Positions 43,010 to 56,320 of a DNA stretch of 64,000 nt are shown here, piece by piece. The stretch is from Lytechinus pictus (lineage: Eukaryota): the NCBI RefSeq assembly GCF_037042905.1, contig NC_087251.1, positions 28,894,001 through 28,958,000 on the forward strand. Reading direction: 5' to 3'. The stretch's first letter is position 1. Each line of letters opens with the position of its first letter. The translations under genes were made by a program, and so were the position numbers. The notes below the pieces were generated by a model. The model was not told where the DNA came from. It saw only the letters and a list, made by a program, of their open reading frames with translations, and ran no database searches.

Positions 43010-46000
43010 TACGTTTGGATGGTTTCGACATCATAAGGAAAGATAGAAATCGCTCAGGTGGTGGGATAGCTATATACATAAAAAGTTCCATAAATTATTC
43101 AGTACGGAATGATATAACTGAATATGACCTGGAAATTATTGTACTGGAAATCAAACAGTTAAAGGTAAAACCATTCTTTGTAGTTGTTTGGTATAGACCC
43201 CCTAATTCTAATGTTGATGAATTTAATTTATTTGAAAATGTACTTCTCAAAATTAGATAGTTTAAAGCACGATTATGTTATTCTCGGTGACATAAACTGT
43301 GACATGTTGGCAACTCGTTGTTCTTGGCAAACTAAACACCTACTCGAACTAATGGATACCATGGGATTGGCCCAATATAAACTCACAGACAAGGGTCACT
43401 GCCACAACCTCTACGTTGGTAGATTTGATACTTACTAATAACAAAACTAAAATAAGAAATGTAAAAGTTATACCTATTTCACTGAGTGATCATTATATGA
43501 TTTGTTGTATTTGGGGTAAACAATGTATTACAACACAAAGATGACGCACATAAATATAAATTGTCAAGGAATATTGGAAAAATTAATATGACACGTTACG
43601 ATGAAGACATAAGACCAATTTCTTGGGAATCAGTTTATAACTCTATGAATGTTAAAGATGCCTATAATTTGTTTGAAGATGCATTGAAATGTATAATTGA
43701 TAAGCATGCCCCACTTAAACGTACTCGAGTAAAGAAGATTGAATCACCGTGGATTAATGAAGATATAATTCAAACTATTCGTAAACGTAATGAAGTAAAA
43801 AATAAAGCAAAGCATACCAAATCAGATCATGATTGGGCATCGTATCGGCGATTGAGAAATGACGTCACAGCAAAGATCCGTAAAGCAAAGAAGAATTATA
43901 TTTCTACCCCAATTACTAGTAGCAATGGTCAATCTACAAATGTATGGAAATCTTTGAAGTATGTTATGCCTCAGAAAAAAATGGATCTAAAATTGTGGAA
44001 ATAAAAAACGATGGTATAGAACTTCATAACAAAACATCAATCTCGGAGGGTTTGAACCACTACTTCTCAAGCATAGGAAAATGCATACAAAATGAGATTA
44101 CTCTAGATAATACTGGAAACGGTGATTTTGAGTCGAATAATGTATTTTCAAACAACGTAAGTCTTTCAGATTTTAAAATAGTTACTGAAGAAGAAATTAA
44201 AAAGGTAATTAATAATCTTGATTGTAAGAAGACTTGATGACATACCAACATCACTAATGAAGCCAATTTTAGCCCACATAGTAAAGCCGCTTTATTATAT
44301 CATAAATTTATCATTACGAACTGGTGAAATACCTCCCCAATTGAAGATTTCTGATATGTTATAAGAGTTTAATACAAAGCAAATTTGATTACTGTGATAT
44401 AATCTGGGGCAACTTAGAAAAATTGTTGAGTGATAATTTACAAAGAATTCAAAATAGAACCCTCCGTTGTGTATTAGACGTGGATTGGATGTACCGGTTC
44501 TTGGTTCTAGGACAACTACCCCCTGGACAATCACCCCCCGGACAACTACCCCCCGGACAATTACCCCCGGAGGACAATTACCCCCCGGACAACTACCCCC
44601 CGGACAATTACCCCCGGAGGACAATTACCCCCCGGACAATTACCCCCCGAGGACAACTACCCCCCGAGGACAATTACCCCCGGACAATTACCCCCCGGAC
44701 AACTACCCCCCGGATAATTACCTTCAGAAAATCCCCCTTTCTCTCCAGCATCATTGTTAGAATTAAGCGGGACCCATTGTAAGTTTTGGTCGGTGGCACA
44801 GGTTTCCGAAATATTTTCTACTTTATCTTACGTTAATAACTTTTTCTTTCTCTTTTATATTGCTCTTTCTCCTGTTCTCTCACTTTCTTCTTTTTTCCTT
44901 TTTTGTTTTTGTTTAGCGGCGCCTTCTGCATCATGAAAAATGGGGGGGGGGGGGGGGGGGGCTTGCACCCGAAACCTCCCGTTTGGCTATGCATATATAC
45001 ATCAGAAAATTTGTAAACTGGCCCTCATTCAAAGTTTTCATAGAACAATTGAACACGATTAGTCATAATAATCACAAATGCTGAATATCTCTGATTCAAA
45101 CTGATCTGATTTTTTAAAATATCTATTTTGGGTTTAATTTCAGGAATGAAATCAGGCAAATAGATAAAACGTAAAAAGACACCTTCATAGGTAGAAATAT
45201 TGAAAGTCGATAAGGCAACTATCAACACTAACACTGTTAAGTAGACCTATAAATCTGTTATTTTAAAACAGTTCAACTAACAAGAAGCTAAGAATTATGA
45301 AACAATTGGTGCACATTCCAGATTAAGATGTGGCTTTATAACTTAATACAGTAAGCTAAAAAACTTTATGCAAAGATAATACACACAAGAACACCTTGTA
45401 ACTTACAAGGTGTTTTTGTGTGTATTATTCTTGGGTGAAAGCAATTAAACATTAAAGAAGGAAATTAAGTACCAAATTTACTAAATTGTAAACAATATGA
45501 CATAATCAAATACAGTGTTTTTTCTATACAAATTGGCAATCATGATAGTATACAATTCGTTTAAGGTGCATTTTAAGGACGGTTTGTAAGAATTTATAAA
45601 GAAGTAGGCCTATGCAAATCAAATAATGCGACCGAGCAGCGTGAGCTAAAAATATTAATATTTAGACCATAAAACGGACATTTTACAGAGCACTTGAAAA
45701 ATCAATTTGTAAATTTAAAAATAATGAAAGCTCGATATCCGAGATGAAATATGTTTTGTATATTGACTTCGGAACTTGATATTTTAAGCTCCATATCAGC
45801 CTATATTGAGCAAGATATTAATCTCATCGAAAAAGCAATGCAAGCGCGAAGCGCGAGCGGAAAATACTTGATATTCCGGTATGAAAATGGTGAATTTGAG
45901 CCCTATCTAAAGCATTGTGTAGGGAAATTGTGAAGTGGATGTGGAAAGCACTTAATAAATGATGCGAGTGTGAAGCGCGAGCTGATATCTTCATTATTAT

Positions 46001-47725
46001 TTTGACCTAGGACCTGGAAATTCTAGGTCTAAGGACATTTTGTCATCATATGAAAATGATGACAACTTTCTTATTCCTCTTCCTGAGTGCGATATGAAAC
46101 ATATGAAACTGTGATATTGTCGATATTCTTTTCTGAAAAGGGACAATTTAGTCATTAAGAATTCATGAAAATTTTATTATCATATTTATTAATGTAATAA
46201 GCCTAAATGAGTGAGTAAAATGTGTTGACACTGAGGCCTGAAAAACTGGATATTTTAAGCACTTTTGTAATCATGAATAGGATTTGTGAGTTGATATATT
46301 TTTAACAAAAATGCGAGCGCAAATCGTTAGACGAAATTTTTGGTAAGCTGTCATAAAAGGGGGGTTTTAAGTAGTTTGTTATATAAAACGGACATCAAAC
46401 AGAGCACTTAAAAATCAGTTTGTAAATCAAACAAAATAATGAATAATGTGCGAGCTGAAATATGCTTTGTAATATCAACTTCAAAACTTAATATTTTAAG
46501 CTACATATCAGCCTATTTAGCAAGATGTGTATCTCATCGAACAGGCTATGCGAGCGCGAAGTGCGAGCAAAAAAATTCATATAGTGACATGAAATATATT
46601 TTTTTATCATTTTCCAAGTCATCCCCTGACCTTTTTTTTTTTCACTCGGCTCCCTTCTCTTATTTTACCTCTTATTTTTCCTCCTTTATTTCCCCTTCTT
46701 TTTCTTTTTTTCTTTCTTTCCCCCTTTTTTTTCATTTTTTTGCTCTGCCGATAGGGGAGGGGGGGGGGGGGGCCGGCCGGGCCCCTCGGCCACCCTGGAT
46801 CCGCCTATGGATGGAGCTCAATTTTACAGCTTTCTTACGGCGTACGTTTGATTTCAAGATACTCGAGAATGCCTAGAGTACTTCTTACGTCAAACGTACG
46901 GCCGACGTATGACTCTGTGCACTCCCTTTGTCTAGGGGGTAATTGTCCGGGGATAATTGTCCGGGGGTAGTTGTCCGGAGGGTAATTGTCCGGGGGTAGT
47001 TGTCCGGGGGTAATTTTCCGGGGGGTAATTGTCCGGGGGTAGTTGTCCGGGGGGTAATTGTCCGGGGGGGAATTGTCCGGGGGGTAATTGTCCGGGGGGT
47101 AGTTGTCAGGGGGTAATTGTCCGGGGGGTAATTGTCCGGGGGGTAATTGTCCTCGGGGGTAATTGTCCGGGGGGTAGTTGTCCGGGGGGTGATTGTCCAG
47201 GGGGTAGTTGTCCTGATACCGGATGTACCCATCCGAACATATAATTATTTCAAGAATTATAAATTAAAAGACTGTTAGAAAGAAGAAATGTACGCACCTA
47301 ATACAAACAATGTACAGGATAATGCATGATATGCTACCAGAGAGTATTTATAAACAATTTATTTTAAGTGATTGTAACTACATGCTAAGATCATCGTCTC
47401 AAAAAATCAAATTACCCTTAGTTAAAAGCAATTATAAGAAAAGAAGTTTACAGTACAGGGGGGTCAGAAGCTGGAACGCACTACCTAATGACTTAAAAGT
47501 AACTAGTTTCAACATATTTAGATTGGACGCCAGAGTGATGTAAACTTGTTTGTTCTATTTGTTTGTTTTCTTTGTAATATTGATGATATTTTAATTGTAT
47601 ATTTATTTCGTATTATGTATCTTAATTGTATATACATGTAATGTGATTTTAATATGTACGCACGGACGTTCAGAAGAACAGCCATTGGCTGAAGTTCGTT
47701 TACCGTGCTGAAATAAAATAAATGA
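43010..47725 (+). mobile_element. Decayed CR1/L2-group LINE (APE endonuclease, RT largely deleted), split by a foldback element
   Basis: APE motifs RKDRNRSGGGIAIYI, WYRPPNS, LGDINCD and SLSDHY. The sequence jumps from TGEIPPQLKIS to YCDIIWG (RT core missing). C-terminal YRGVRSWNALP at 47310-47543, then a 3' hairpin at ~47660-47708 and an A-rich tail. Confidence 0.85.
44496..47220. mobile_element. Mutator/foldback-like element with 15-bp tandem-repeat arms and 9-bp TSD
   Basis: GGATGTACC at 44487-44495 and 47221-47229. (GGACAA[T/C]TACCCCCC)n at ~44510-44722 and its inverse at ~46933-47213. Excision restores the LINE frame DVDWMY-PSEH. Confidence 0.88.
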
Positions 47726-48300
47726 AAAATACAAGAAACATGAATATAACAAATACACCCTAATATAACATACCTGTATACGTTTCTAAATATATATCAG
47801 CATCAAATAAAATGATGGAAGTTATTGACTTGAATTTTCAGCTGGTGTATATGTTTTATAATTATCAAATATTTTTTTTTGTGTGTGAGGGTAATTGTGT
47901 GTGTGTGTATGTGAGTTTTTTGTGTTTTTTGTTTTAGTTTATTCTTATTTCCCATTGTTTATGTATGTGTATAAGTGTGTGTAGGTCTATATTTATTTTT
48001 CCATGGAAAAGAGGAATTATTTTTATCCGTTCTTGTATTTAAACACAATGTCTTTTTAACTGAATAACGTCATGTTTATATTTTCAACTTACAAACATCC
48101 TTCAAAAGGATAGATTCTGCTTTAAAGAAAATTCCGAAGAGACTTTTGAAGTCACGACGTTCCATGCTTTAATCTAATATTAAAAGCTAAACGTGTCACT
48201 TTAAACAGGATGGTTTATCTGGAACGAAGTTCAAAGTACATCCGACACAGCACTTCATTCAAAAGAGGCGTGGGACACTCAACATATGGCTGTCTGCATC

Positions 48301-48329
48301 TGACGTCATTCTTTCGTTACCATGGGAAC
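48301..48329. promoter_or_regulatory. CRE (TGACGTCA, 48301-48308) plus RFX X-box (GTTACCATGGGAAC, 48316-48329) upstream of the F-box/LRR gene
   Basis: Perfect CRE palindrome and a match to the GTHNYYATRRNAAC X-box consensus 7 bp apart, ~420 bp before the ATG. A GC-box-like GGCGTGG lies near 48267. Confidence 0.55.
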
Positions 48330-48742
48330 AATATTTCATCCCCTCTTCCTCCGTAACACTCGATGCCAGCAATGAGCCGGTGGCGTGTGAGTGGTTGGTG
48401 GGCTGTATTATCAAGCATTATACATGCACGCTGCATCGAGCTCTGTCTTCCCATTCCTTTCCTGTGATACTTTGACCTATTTCAAGAGGCATTTGGGAAG
48501 ACACATCAGCATGGTAGACGATGCTTTGTAAAACATTCGCATGTGTCGTCTGGCAATTGAGAAGCAGGAGACCTGAACGTACAGCTGCAGCATTACCCCA
48601 TGCAATGGAATGTATCGCTCGTTAATTATTGCACGCCGCGAGATCTCCCATGTGCCCTCGCTGATTGTACCGGCAGCTGATATGATATTTCCACACAGAT
48701 AACGCGTTCCTGTGACTCTATAGATACAGGGGCAAACAGAGA

Positions 48743-49600
48743 ATGGAAGTGACGTTGACAGCTGTCAAGAATGCCATGGGACGGCAGCGGACGCGTACCG
48801 AGTCGTCAAGTTTCTCTGATTACGAGGTGCCTACTGTTGAGCAGGCCGGATGCCACTTCCATCGCTTGCCCGAGGAACTTCTTGTACGGATATTTAGTTT
48901 CCTACACCCCGTCAACGATGGCTTGCCGCTCTATGCAGGAGTTTGTCGTAAGTGGCGCAAGGTACTTCTTGAAGCTTCAACCGTCTGGCGAGAACTCAAC
49001 ATCGAGCCTGAAGACTACCGTCCGAAACACTACGCAACCCTTTGTACCATATTTACCGTCTATGGCAGCCATGTCCAGAAGTTGACATGGATGCCTGGTA
49101 CACGAGTTTATGAATCGGTCTTCCTTCTTATCCCTAATCTGACATCCCTTACAGTGCTAAGATTACCCATCATCTGGAATCGCGGTGTAGTGGACACCTT
49201 CTCACCCCTCACCCGTCTTGAAGAACTTCAAATCAATGGCGCATTTGAACTGCATGATGAAGACCTTATCTCTGCAGCTTGTAACTTCCCTGCACTTCGA
49301 GACGTGACCTTGAACGCATGTTGGTTGATTACCTACAAGGGCATTGAAGTATTCCTCGAGGCTCTCCCGAACCTGACGCGTTGCAAGCTTAAGATCAACG
49401 CAGGATTGCCTATCAGTGATATCCGCAGCGAGCAGGCAATGTTGCGTGGAAACCAACTAACCCGACATCTTGAAGAAGGGGTCCGAGGTGCAGCCATTAC
49501 ATCCTTGAGCCTTAGTTTCCTGGCTTTAGAGATGGATGAACTCTGGGCTGTTGTCAACGCGCTACCAAGACTAAAAAAACTGGTTGTGGCCAACTGCGAG
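48743..49600 (+). CDS. F-box/LRR gene exon 1 (F-box plus first LRRs)
   Basis: ATG at 48743 after an in-frame TGA at 48713; donor GAG|gtatag. Confidence 0.9.
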
Positions 49601-49734
49601 GTATAGTATACCTAGCAAATTAATTTTAAACAGACAGATTTCATATTCCTTTCTTAATATGCTAAAATAAAGTAATTTTAGCTTCATTGATTCAATCATC
49701 TTGTACGAAAGCCATTTCCAATTTAAGACTACTT

Positions 49735-49770
<36 letters not shown>

Positions 49771-52700
49771 TTATTACTATTACTACTTCTTCTACTACTG
49801 CTACTATTACTACTACTACTACTTCTATTACTACTACTACTACTACTATATACTACTATACTACTACTACTACTTTTTCTTCTTCTTCTTTCTATCTTTT
49901 TTTCTATACGACTAATGTTTCTCATTACAATGCCACTACCAATTAAATCATTATAATAATGATGACATCGTAAAACAGAAAGAAAAGTGATAACAGTAAC
50001 CTTGAGGATATCGATGATGATGTTTATGGTGTGAGAAAGATTTTTTTAATAAAAAAACGAACGTATATTTGCACAAGAGAAGAAAAAAAGAATAGACATA
50101 ATAGAGCATACAAGAAGGAAAGAACACATGATTTATTGACGTAGACGAAATCACTTTTTGTTGCTTTATAAGAGAGCGACAAACAGCATGCTACAATGAA
50201 TAAAATTTAATTTTAACCATTATTACACCATATTCATTATGTACAACCGTCATGTCTTTAATCCAAGTGATTTCTGCATTGAGCATGATAATCAGCCGAT
50301 TCTGTGTTATCGCAAAGGGTGCCGTACGGCAGCTTTTAGCAGCATATTGTTATTCTCAGATCCCCCCCCCACAATCATGCTTCCGATTGACGTAAAAGCA
50401 TCTTGCGCCCACGTATTTCATGGTTCTATTTCCGTGGATTTGACGTCATGTTCTATTCCTGGGAAAGTACAGTCTACTATTATAGACGCCATGTTCTGAA
50501 GCTCGGTCTGTATCACAAAAAGAAAGTGATTTTTAGAATAAATTATCTGAGGGAGCGCGAATGGATATTGTGTCACTTTTATTTGTTCTGATGTCGTCAG
50601 GTTTGTATTTCGATGGAAAGAAACCATCCTTAAAGATGAAGTGAAAAACCCCAACAAAATTAATATCGTTATAAAAAGTGATGTAGAACAGTATGTATAT
50701 TTCTTATTTAAAAAATACCTCGAAAACATTTTACACACAAATTTAGCAAAGTACGATATTAGCATATGAACATTTCCATTAAACAGATATGAAAACTTAG
50801 GTGGGAAATATTTTTGTATCGAAAATTAATTATCAATTTAAAATGAAATCAGTTTTTTTCCATTTCCTGTTTACGGGTGAATAAAGAGACTACATTGATC
50901 ATAATTTCAGCCAAGTTAACATGTTTTTCAAAATCTGTCTCAAAGTCTGCAAAAGTGCTCAATCACTTCAATGATTTTTTTCCCCCAACACAAACTGTTC
51001 TTATTATGCATGTTAATGATGACATATGGCGGGGAAGGGTGGTCTGGGGGAAGTAGACTAGTGAAAATGTTAGCTCTATGTGATCAATCGTTATACTGCC
51101 CAACTTTGGCATAAGGAAGCAAGTGACACATCAGTCAAATTTGAGTTATTGTTGTTTCTGAAACACCCTTCGTATGTTGCATGTTCAGGCAAAATTTGGG
51201 GAAAAATGATAATTCTATCGAAAGATATTGAAGAAAATATGCTGTTCAATTGCATTGACTCATATGTAAATGACGCAAACACATTGCTCATTTACAACAA
51301 ATTATACGTTTGTAACTTGCTTCCTTTTGCCAAAGTACGGCAGTGTAGACCCTGATGTAGACTGCCCGGGAAGTTGGCTTGTTGATTCAGGGAATATCGG
51401 AGAGCTATCGGTATATTTAGAACATTCAGACTTGTTTATCGTCTGCCCGTTCTATACCCTACAAAATCCCTAATAAGTTTTACATGCTCAAAGCAAGTGG
51501 GGGAATGAAAACAACGCCGATACGAATTATGTCACGATTATGTAGCAAATTAGGAACTAATAGTATAGCCAGATCTTACAGAAAGCAGTTATAGAAAATG
51601 CTATCACACGCATGCAAAGAGAAGAGCAACATCACTTCTTCCCATATGAGTAATTCTAATATTGTATTAAAAAAAGACCTCTAAAAGTAATAAAGAGGTA
51701 CGCTTCCAATCTCCTATCTATATTCTTTGTGTTTGTTAAAGAAATCCTAAAATTATTGACGATGTGAAATTATCAATCCAATCTTATTGATTATGATTGT
51801 CTGATCTCTATGAAAGAGAAAACCAATCCTCGATATCGGAGTATGTTGATGAGTGATGAAGAAATTGTTTGGAGTGATAGAATGGTGTTTGCATTCACTT
51901 TCTTATAAAAGTCTGAACGGAAAAAATAATGGATTTTGCAGTTTGGTGTGCTTCTCAATTTCACTCTGCGGATTTCATATTTGACGGCGAACTTGAATGC
52001 ATACTTGTCATTTGTGAAATCATGCCCATGTGATTCATCGTCTTGTCAGCGAATGTGGGATAGATGTACTGCCGTTTTGTGAGATAAAGCTTATCTTATA
52101 ATTACTGTCTTTCTTTTTTAGTACATTTTCGATGGTTTAGGTGGATGCGTGGAAAAAGAAATGTTCGGAAAGTGTTAAAGGATGAAAAGACACTATAATG
52201 ATTTTTTTAAATTTCAATTTACTGATTAATTTCCTTAAACATATACAAGACAAATGGTTCAACTGCCTGTCTGGTGGAAGATGTGGCCGTGTGCAGGCAG
52301 TAAAAATATACATGTCCATATTTCTTGTATCAAGCAAGTTATTTGATACAAGAAATATGGACATGACTAGTATAACAAATGTGATATTTCCCGTGTATAT
52401 CGAAATATATCGCATTCGTATTTCAATTCAAATTAGTATTTATTCATGTCCAATAGGCCTAATTTCCAAACACAGAAAGACATATACATAAAGAACAAAG
52501 AAAATAAAATATGAATAGAAAATAATTTTTAGTCATTTTACAAAGAAGTACTTTCTGGTAAAAACATATTTTATTTATTTATTCATTCAAAAATTATTTA
52601 GAAAAGAGGGTAGGTGTACTCAGTTAAACGCACTCTAAGACGCCATATACATATGATATACAAAACATTATAAAATAAAAACAAAGAATGAAGCAATCAT

Positions 52701-55700
52701 GAGCATATAACACATAAACACAGAGTGAAGTGATATAAAATTTAACCCCCCCCAAAAAGGATTGCATCATATCCGATCAGTGTTTCTCTACTTACAAGCA
52801 GGCATCCGCACTTCATAAATTGATAGATTGAGTGTTTTGAATTAGAAAAAAAAAATGTTTGTTTAAATTGGGTGTTTATACGAGAATGACCTTTTAGAAA
52901 TTCAGTCTTAGGGAATGGAATTTCGAGAAGGGAACTTAATAGAATAGATTGTATATTGAATATCTAGCTCTGTGGAAATTAAGGGGGGTGGGGGTAAGCA
53001 ACTATTATATTGTTCCCGTTCCAGTATATTTAAATTTATCGGAAATGTTGATTTGAACCTGAACTGATCTTGTAAGCGTTTCTTTCGACAATCAAACTAC
53101 ATTCAAGTCAGACAATTTGGCAATTTTCTCAGTTTTTCTTTTTAAATTCTAAACCCGAATATGTGACGAGTAAAAGGATCGGGTTAAAAAATACCCAATT
53201 TGGGGTATCAAGGGTAAATACGTCTTTGTTGGGTAAGATTTGTCCAATCTAATAAGAAATGCACATTTTCGGGGTAAATTTCAACTTCAACGCAACATTG
53301 AATATGATTTACAAAGTGTTTTGCATCATTTTACCCCACATGCACGCCTTCTTTTTGGCAAATTACGCCACTGGAATCATGCTGCACTTTCAAGAAATCT
53401 TTAAATGACAGTAAGAAATTTGATAATTGCTGGGAAATATATATCGTTATGAAGCTATTTGAATACATTATTCTGTCGTTTGATATTAAATTTATTACTA
53501 GATGGATCACATAAGACTTCTCCACTGTTAATAAATTCCATTGAAGAATGGCGCCACAAAAAATGCTTGAGATAATTTACCTTATTGACGTCATTTTATG
53601 AGCAAATCGCAAGAAACGATGACATTCGGGGAAAAGAAAGCCTGCGTATTTATAGACTATCAAAGTATAATCATGAATAAAACGCCTTTACAATGGGTGA
53701 TGATGAAAACGATAAAAACCAGGTGGCGCCCATACGTTGCTCCTCCGTTATTTGCACGTTCTCCTGGTCGCACGCGATTACTGACTTCCAGCAGTGTTTG
53801 TTAAAGGATCTCACATATAATGTATTAAAAAAAACGATTGTGAGATTTTACCCCGGTGTAAAATCTGCATATTTTATGAAACTATGAAAGAGCTTGTTGT
53901 AAGATGGTTTAGTATCCAGGCACGAAAATGTTGGCTTTTCGGCTTTGCCATTCAAGATAGATGTTTGAAAAAAAAAATGATACAGTTACATCTGTAAGTA
54001 TTAGAAAACATGCACGGCATACAAACAAAGGCATTTTGTTTGTACTATTATGACGTTAGCCAATAATGGTAAACTAAGCCTTTTATGGTGTTGGTATAAT
54101 GAATCTCATTTAAACATTTAAGAAGTATAGAATTTCTTTTTCATTCTCTATTTATTTCTTTTTATTTTGAATGCTATTTGCACCTTGTTTTCTCAATTGA
54201 TAATAAACAAATCACGTATTTAATATAAACATCACTTTTTGTATCCTTCCCTTTTCATTGACCTCTTCCTCTTTTTTCTTTAATTCACCGTCTCCCATAA
54301 CACATTGCCTTTTGCATTCCACTCCCTTAATTGGATCACTTTTTTTAATCACTTCCCTAATTAATGTCTCTATCCCCCCTCCCCCCCCCCCTCTCTCTCT
54401 ATCTCTCTCCCCCCTTCCCATTCTCTTTCACTCTCCCCCTATCTTTCACTCCCTTTCTACCCACATCATTGTCATCACCTGGTAATGATTATGATTATTA
54501 TGTTTTATGTATTATTCATGTACATGTATACTAAGATTGGGTGCCTTTTACTTTGTACATTTTATTCATGGCACGGCCCCAATGCAAATCAGACTCTGTA
54601 TCTGTTTGGGTTTTTTACCGTGTGAAAATGAAATTTATCTATCTGTCTATTATATAGAGACTTCATGGTGTACGCATCCATTCCTCATCTCTTCAGAAGA
54701 TAGTATTATTCAATCTCTGGTCGGCGCTTTTCGTCAGTATCACTGCACCTTCACTGCGCATGCTCCACCTCGATGACGGACTAGAATCAAACGAACATGT
54801 AGAGATCTTTGCCGGAAAGCTCAGGGTCTTAGAGGTAAGCACATTTTCTCCTGTTGGCGGATAATCTCCCGAATGAGATCAAGACATTGCACACGCTAAC
54901 TATCTCACACACACACACAAACATACACACACACTCACACCCACAAACCTCGCACACACGTATTCTCAAACACACATCAATCCACTTCAATGCCACCACC
55001 ACATAAAATGTCATTGTTGGCTTTATGGTAATACTTCTATGTAATAATTGCATAAATATCATATGGAAAATTAAAATACAGCTCCCTAGAAATTATGTAA
55101 GTCATGACAGGCTCGATAAAACTATGAGGGTTGATAGGAATACTTGCATTTCTATTAGAAACAACCGCAAACAAACATTGGAATGAAAAAGAGATTTGAA
55201 ATACGGATAAAAAAATGTCGAAATATTAATTTTATCTCAGCTTTAAGCTACCAATTATATTTTGTCATATAAAAAATAACTTAAATTCCAATGCCTGTAA
55301 ATAAGCCACAAATAATTGCTCTTTATAAGAGCAAAAGTGGACAACATATTTATATAGCTAGTTAATAATGTTATTAGCGGATTTTCATTCTGTTTTTTGT
55401 AGATTGATGGTGCTGGAGTCTTGAGGAGTATAAATGTACAGAGTAATCGCCTTACTACGCTGCAACTTCGTAATTGTGATGTCCTAGACTCTCGTAGTCT
55501 CTACAACCTGTTGTCAGAGAATCCTACCATATCAACTCTTCTAATGGGTAATGTATCAACGCCAGAGCTTCTTCTAGACTCGCAGCGATGCCCTAGCGTA
55601 CGCATTGTGTGTCTCCTTCATGGCTTCAGCAGTGACGTCCTGTCCATCCGGTGCCCAACCCTCCAGTATCTGCAGACTGAAGATGAAATGGAGCTGTTGT

Positions 55701-56320
55701 CTTTGAGGCAACTCATCGTCGCTGCGGATCAGGTCAAAGACATTTGCCTAACGGGGTGTCCTGTTCTTCACAACATATTGGTCCAATGTGAAAGCCTGGA
55801 TGAACTCGAGTTCAACATGTGCAGTGACGAGAGGGTATTCTTAAGGTCGTGTGTGATCCAAGCGTCGAGATTTGTTGGAAAGATACGCCTGTTTGACTGT
55901 GCAATTGCGACCATTGTTCTCTCATCACCGTGTATATCTATCCTCATCTTGTATCGGTGTATGATTGGAGACTACACACTCAAATGCATGCTGAATGCTT
56001 GTCCGAACATCACGCATCTTAGCTTAGAGAAGTGTCGGAACACCAAGGTTGTGTCGGTACCAAAAGACGCACCCCTCCTGAGGTACTTAAACCTCTTTGG
56101 ATGTTCGCAGCTCCAGCACTTATCAATAAACAGCGACTGTGTGACGAGAGTGAATCTCGGACAATGTTCCGTGTCTCGTGTCCTGTATCAGGGAAAGGAA
56201 CTCGATTTTGCTGAGGAGAAGGTGGCCTTTGAAAACTCCTCCCTCGACGTTGTACTGCCACACCAGAATGTTAGATGGAGCCATGACGCTGAACCACTCG
56301 CATTTGTTGAGTCATTATGA
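48743..56320 (+). CDS. F-box / leucine-rich-repeat protein (FBXL-like), 3 exons, ~650 aa
   Basis: join(48743-49600, 54658-54834, 55403-56320), all phase 0 with GT-AG introns. F-box motif LPEELLVRIFSFL...VCRKWRKV...VWREL, then cysteine-containing LRRs (LRDVTLNAC, LTTLQLRNC, ITHLSLEKC, LRYLNLFGC). The orthologue is not recognisable by eye. Confidence 0.88.
49726..49890. repeat. (CTA/TTA)n microsatellite in intron 1 of the F-box gene
   Basis: Directly visible. Confidence 0.95.
54658..54834 (+). CDS. F-box/LRR gene exon 2 (RLHGVRIHSSSLQKIVL...KLRVLE)
   Basis: tatag acceptor, GAG|gtaagc donor, 177 nt open, LRR-like periodicity. Not represented in this frame in the ORF track. Confidence 0.82.
55403..56320 (+). 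CDS. F-box/LRR gene exon 3 (LRRs, stop)
   Basis: Polypyrimidine-tgtag acceptor at 55401-55402, in frame with ORF 55421-56320. Confidence 0.9.
   Translation: MDGAGVLRSINVQSNRLTTLQLRNCDVLDSRSLYNLLSENPTISTLLMGNVSTPELLLDSQRCPSVRIVCLLHGFSSDVLSIRCPTLQYLQTEDEMELLSLRQLIVAADQVKDICLTGCPVLHNILVQCESLDELEFNMCSDERVFLRSCVIQASRFVGKIRLFDCAIATIVLSSPCISILILYRCMIGDYTLKCMLNACPNITHLSLEKCRNTKVVSVPKDAPLLRYLNLFGCSQLQHLSINSDCVTRVNLGQCSVSRVLYQGKELDFAEEKVAFENSSLDVVLPHQNVRWSHDAEPLAFVESL

Noticed and set aside
44295..47244. Pro/Gly/Cys-rich repeat ORFs (GQLPP, GGNCP, RTITP)
   Set aside because: Translations of the 15-bp tandem arms of the foldback element.
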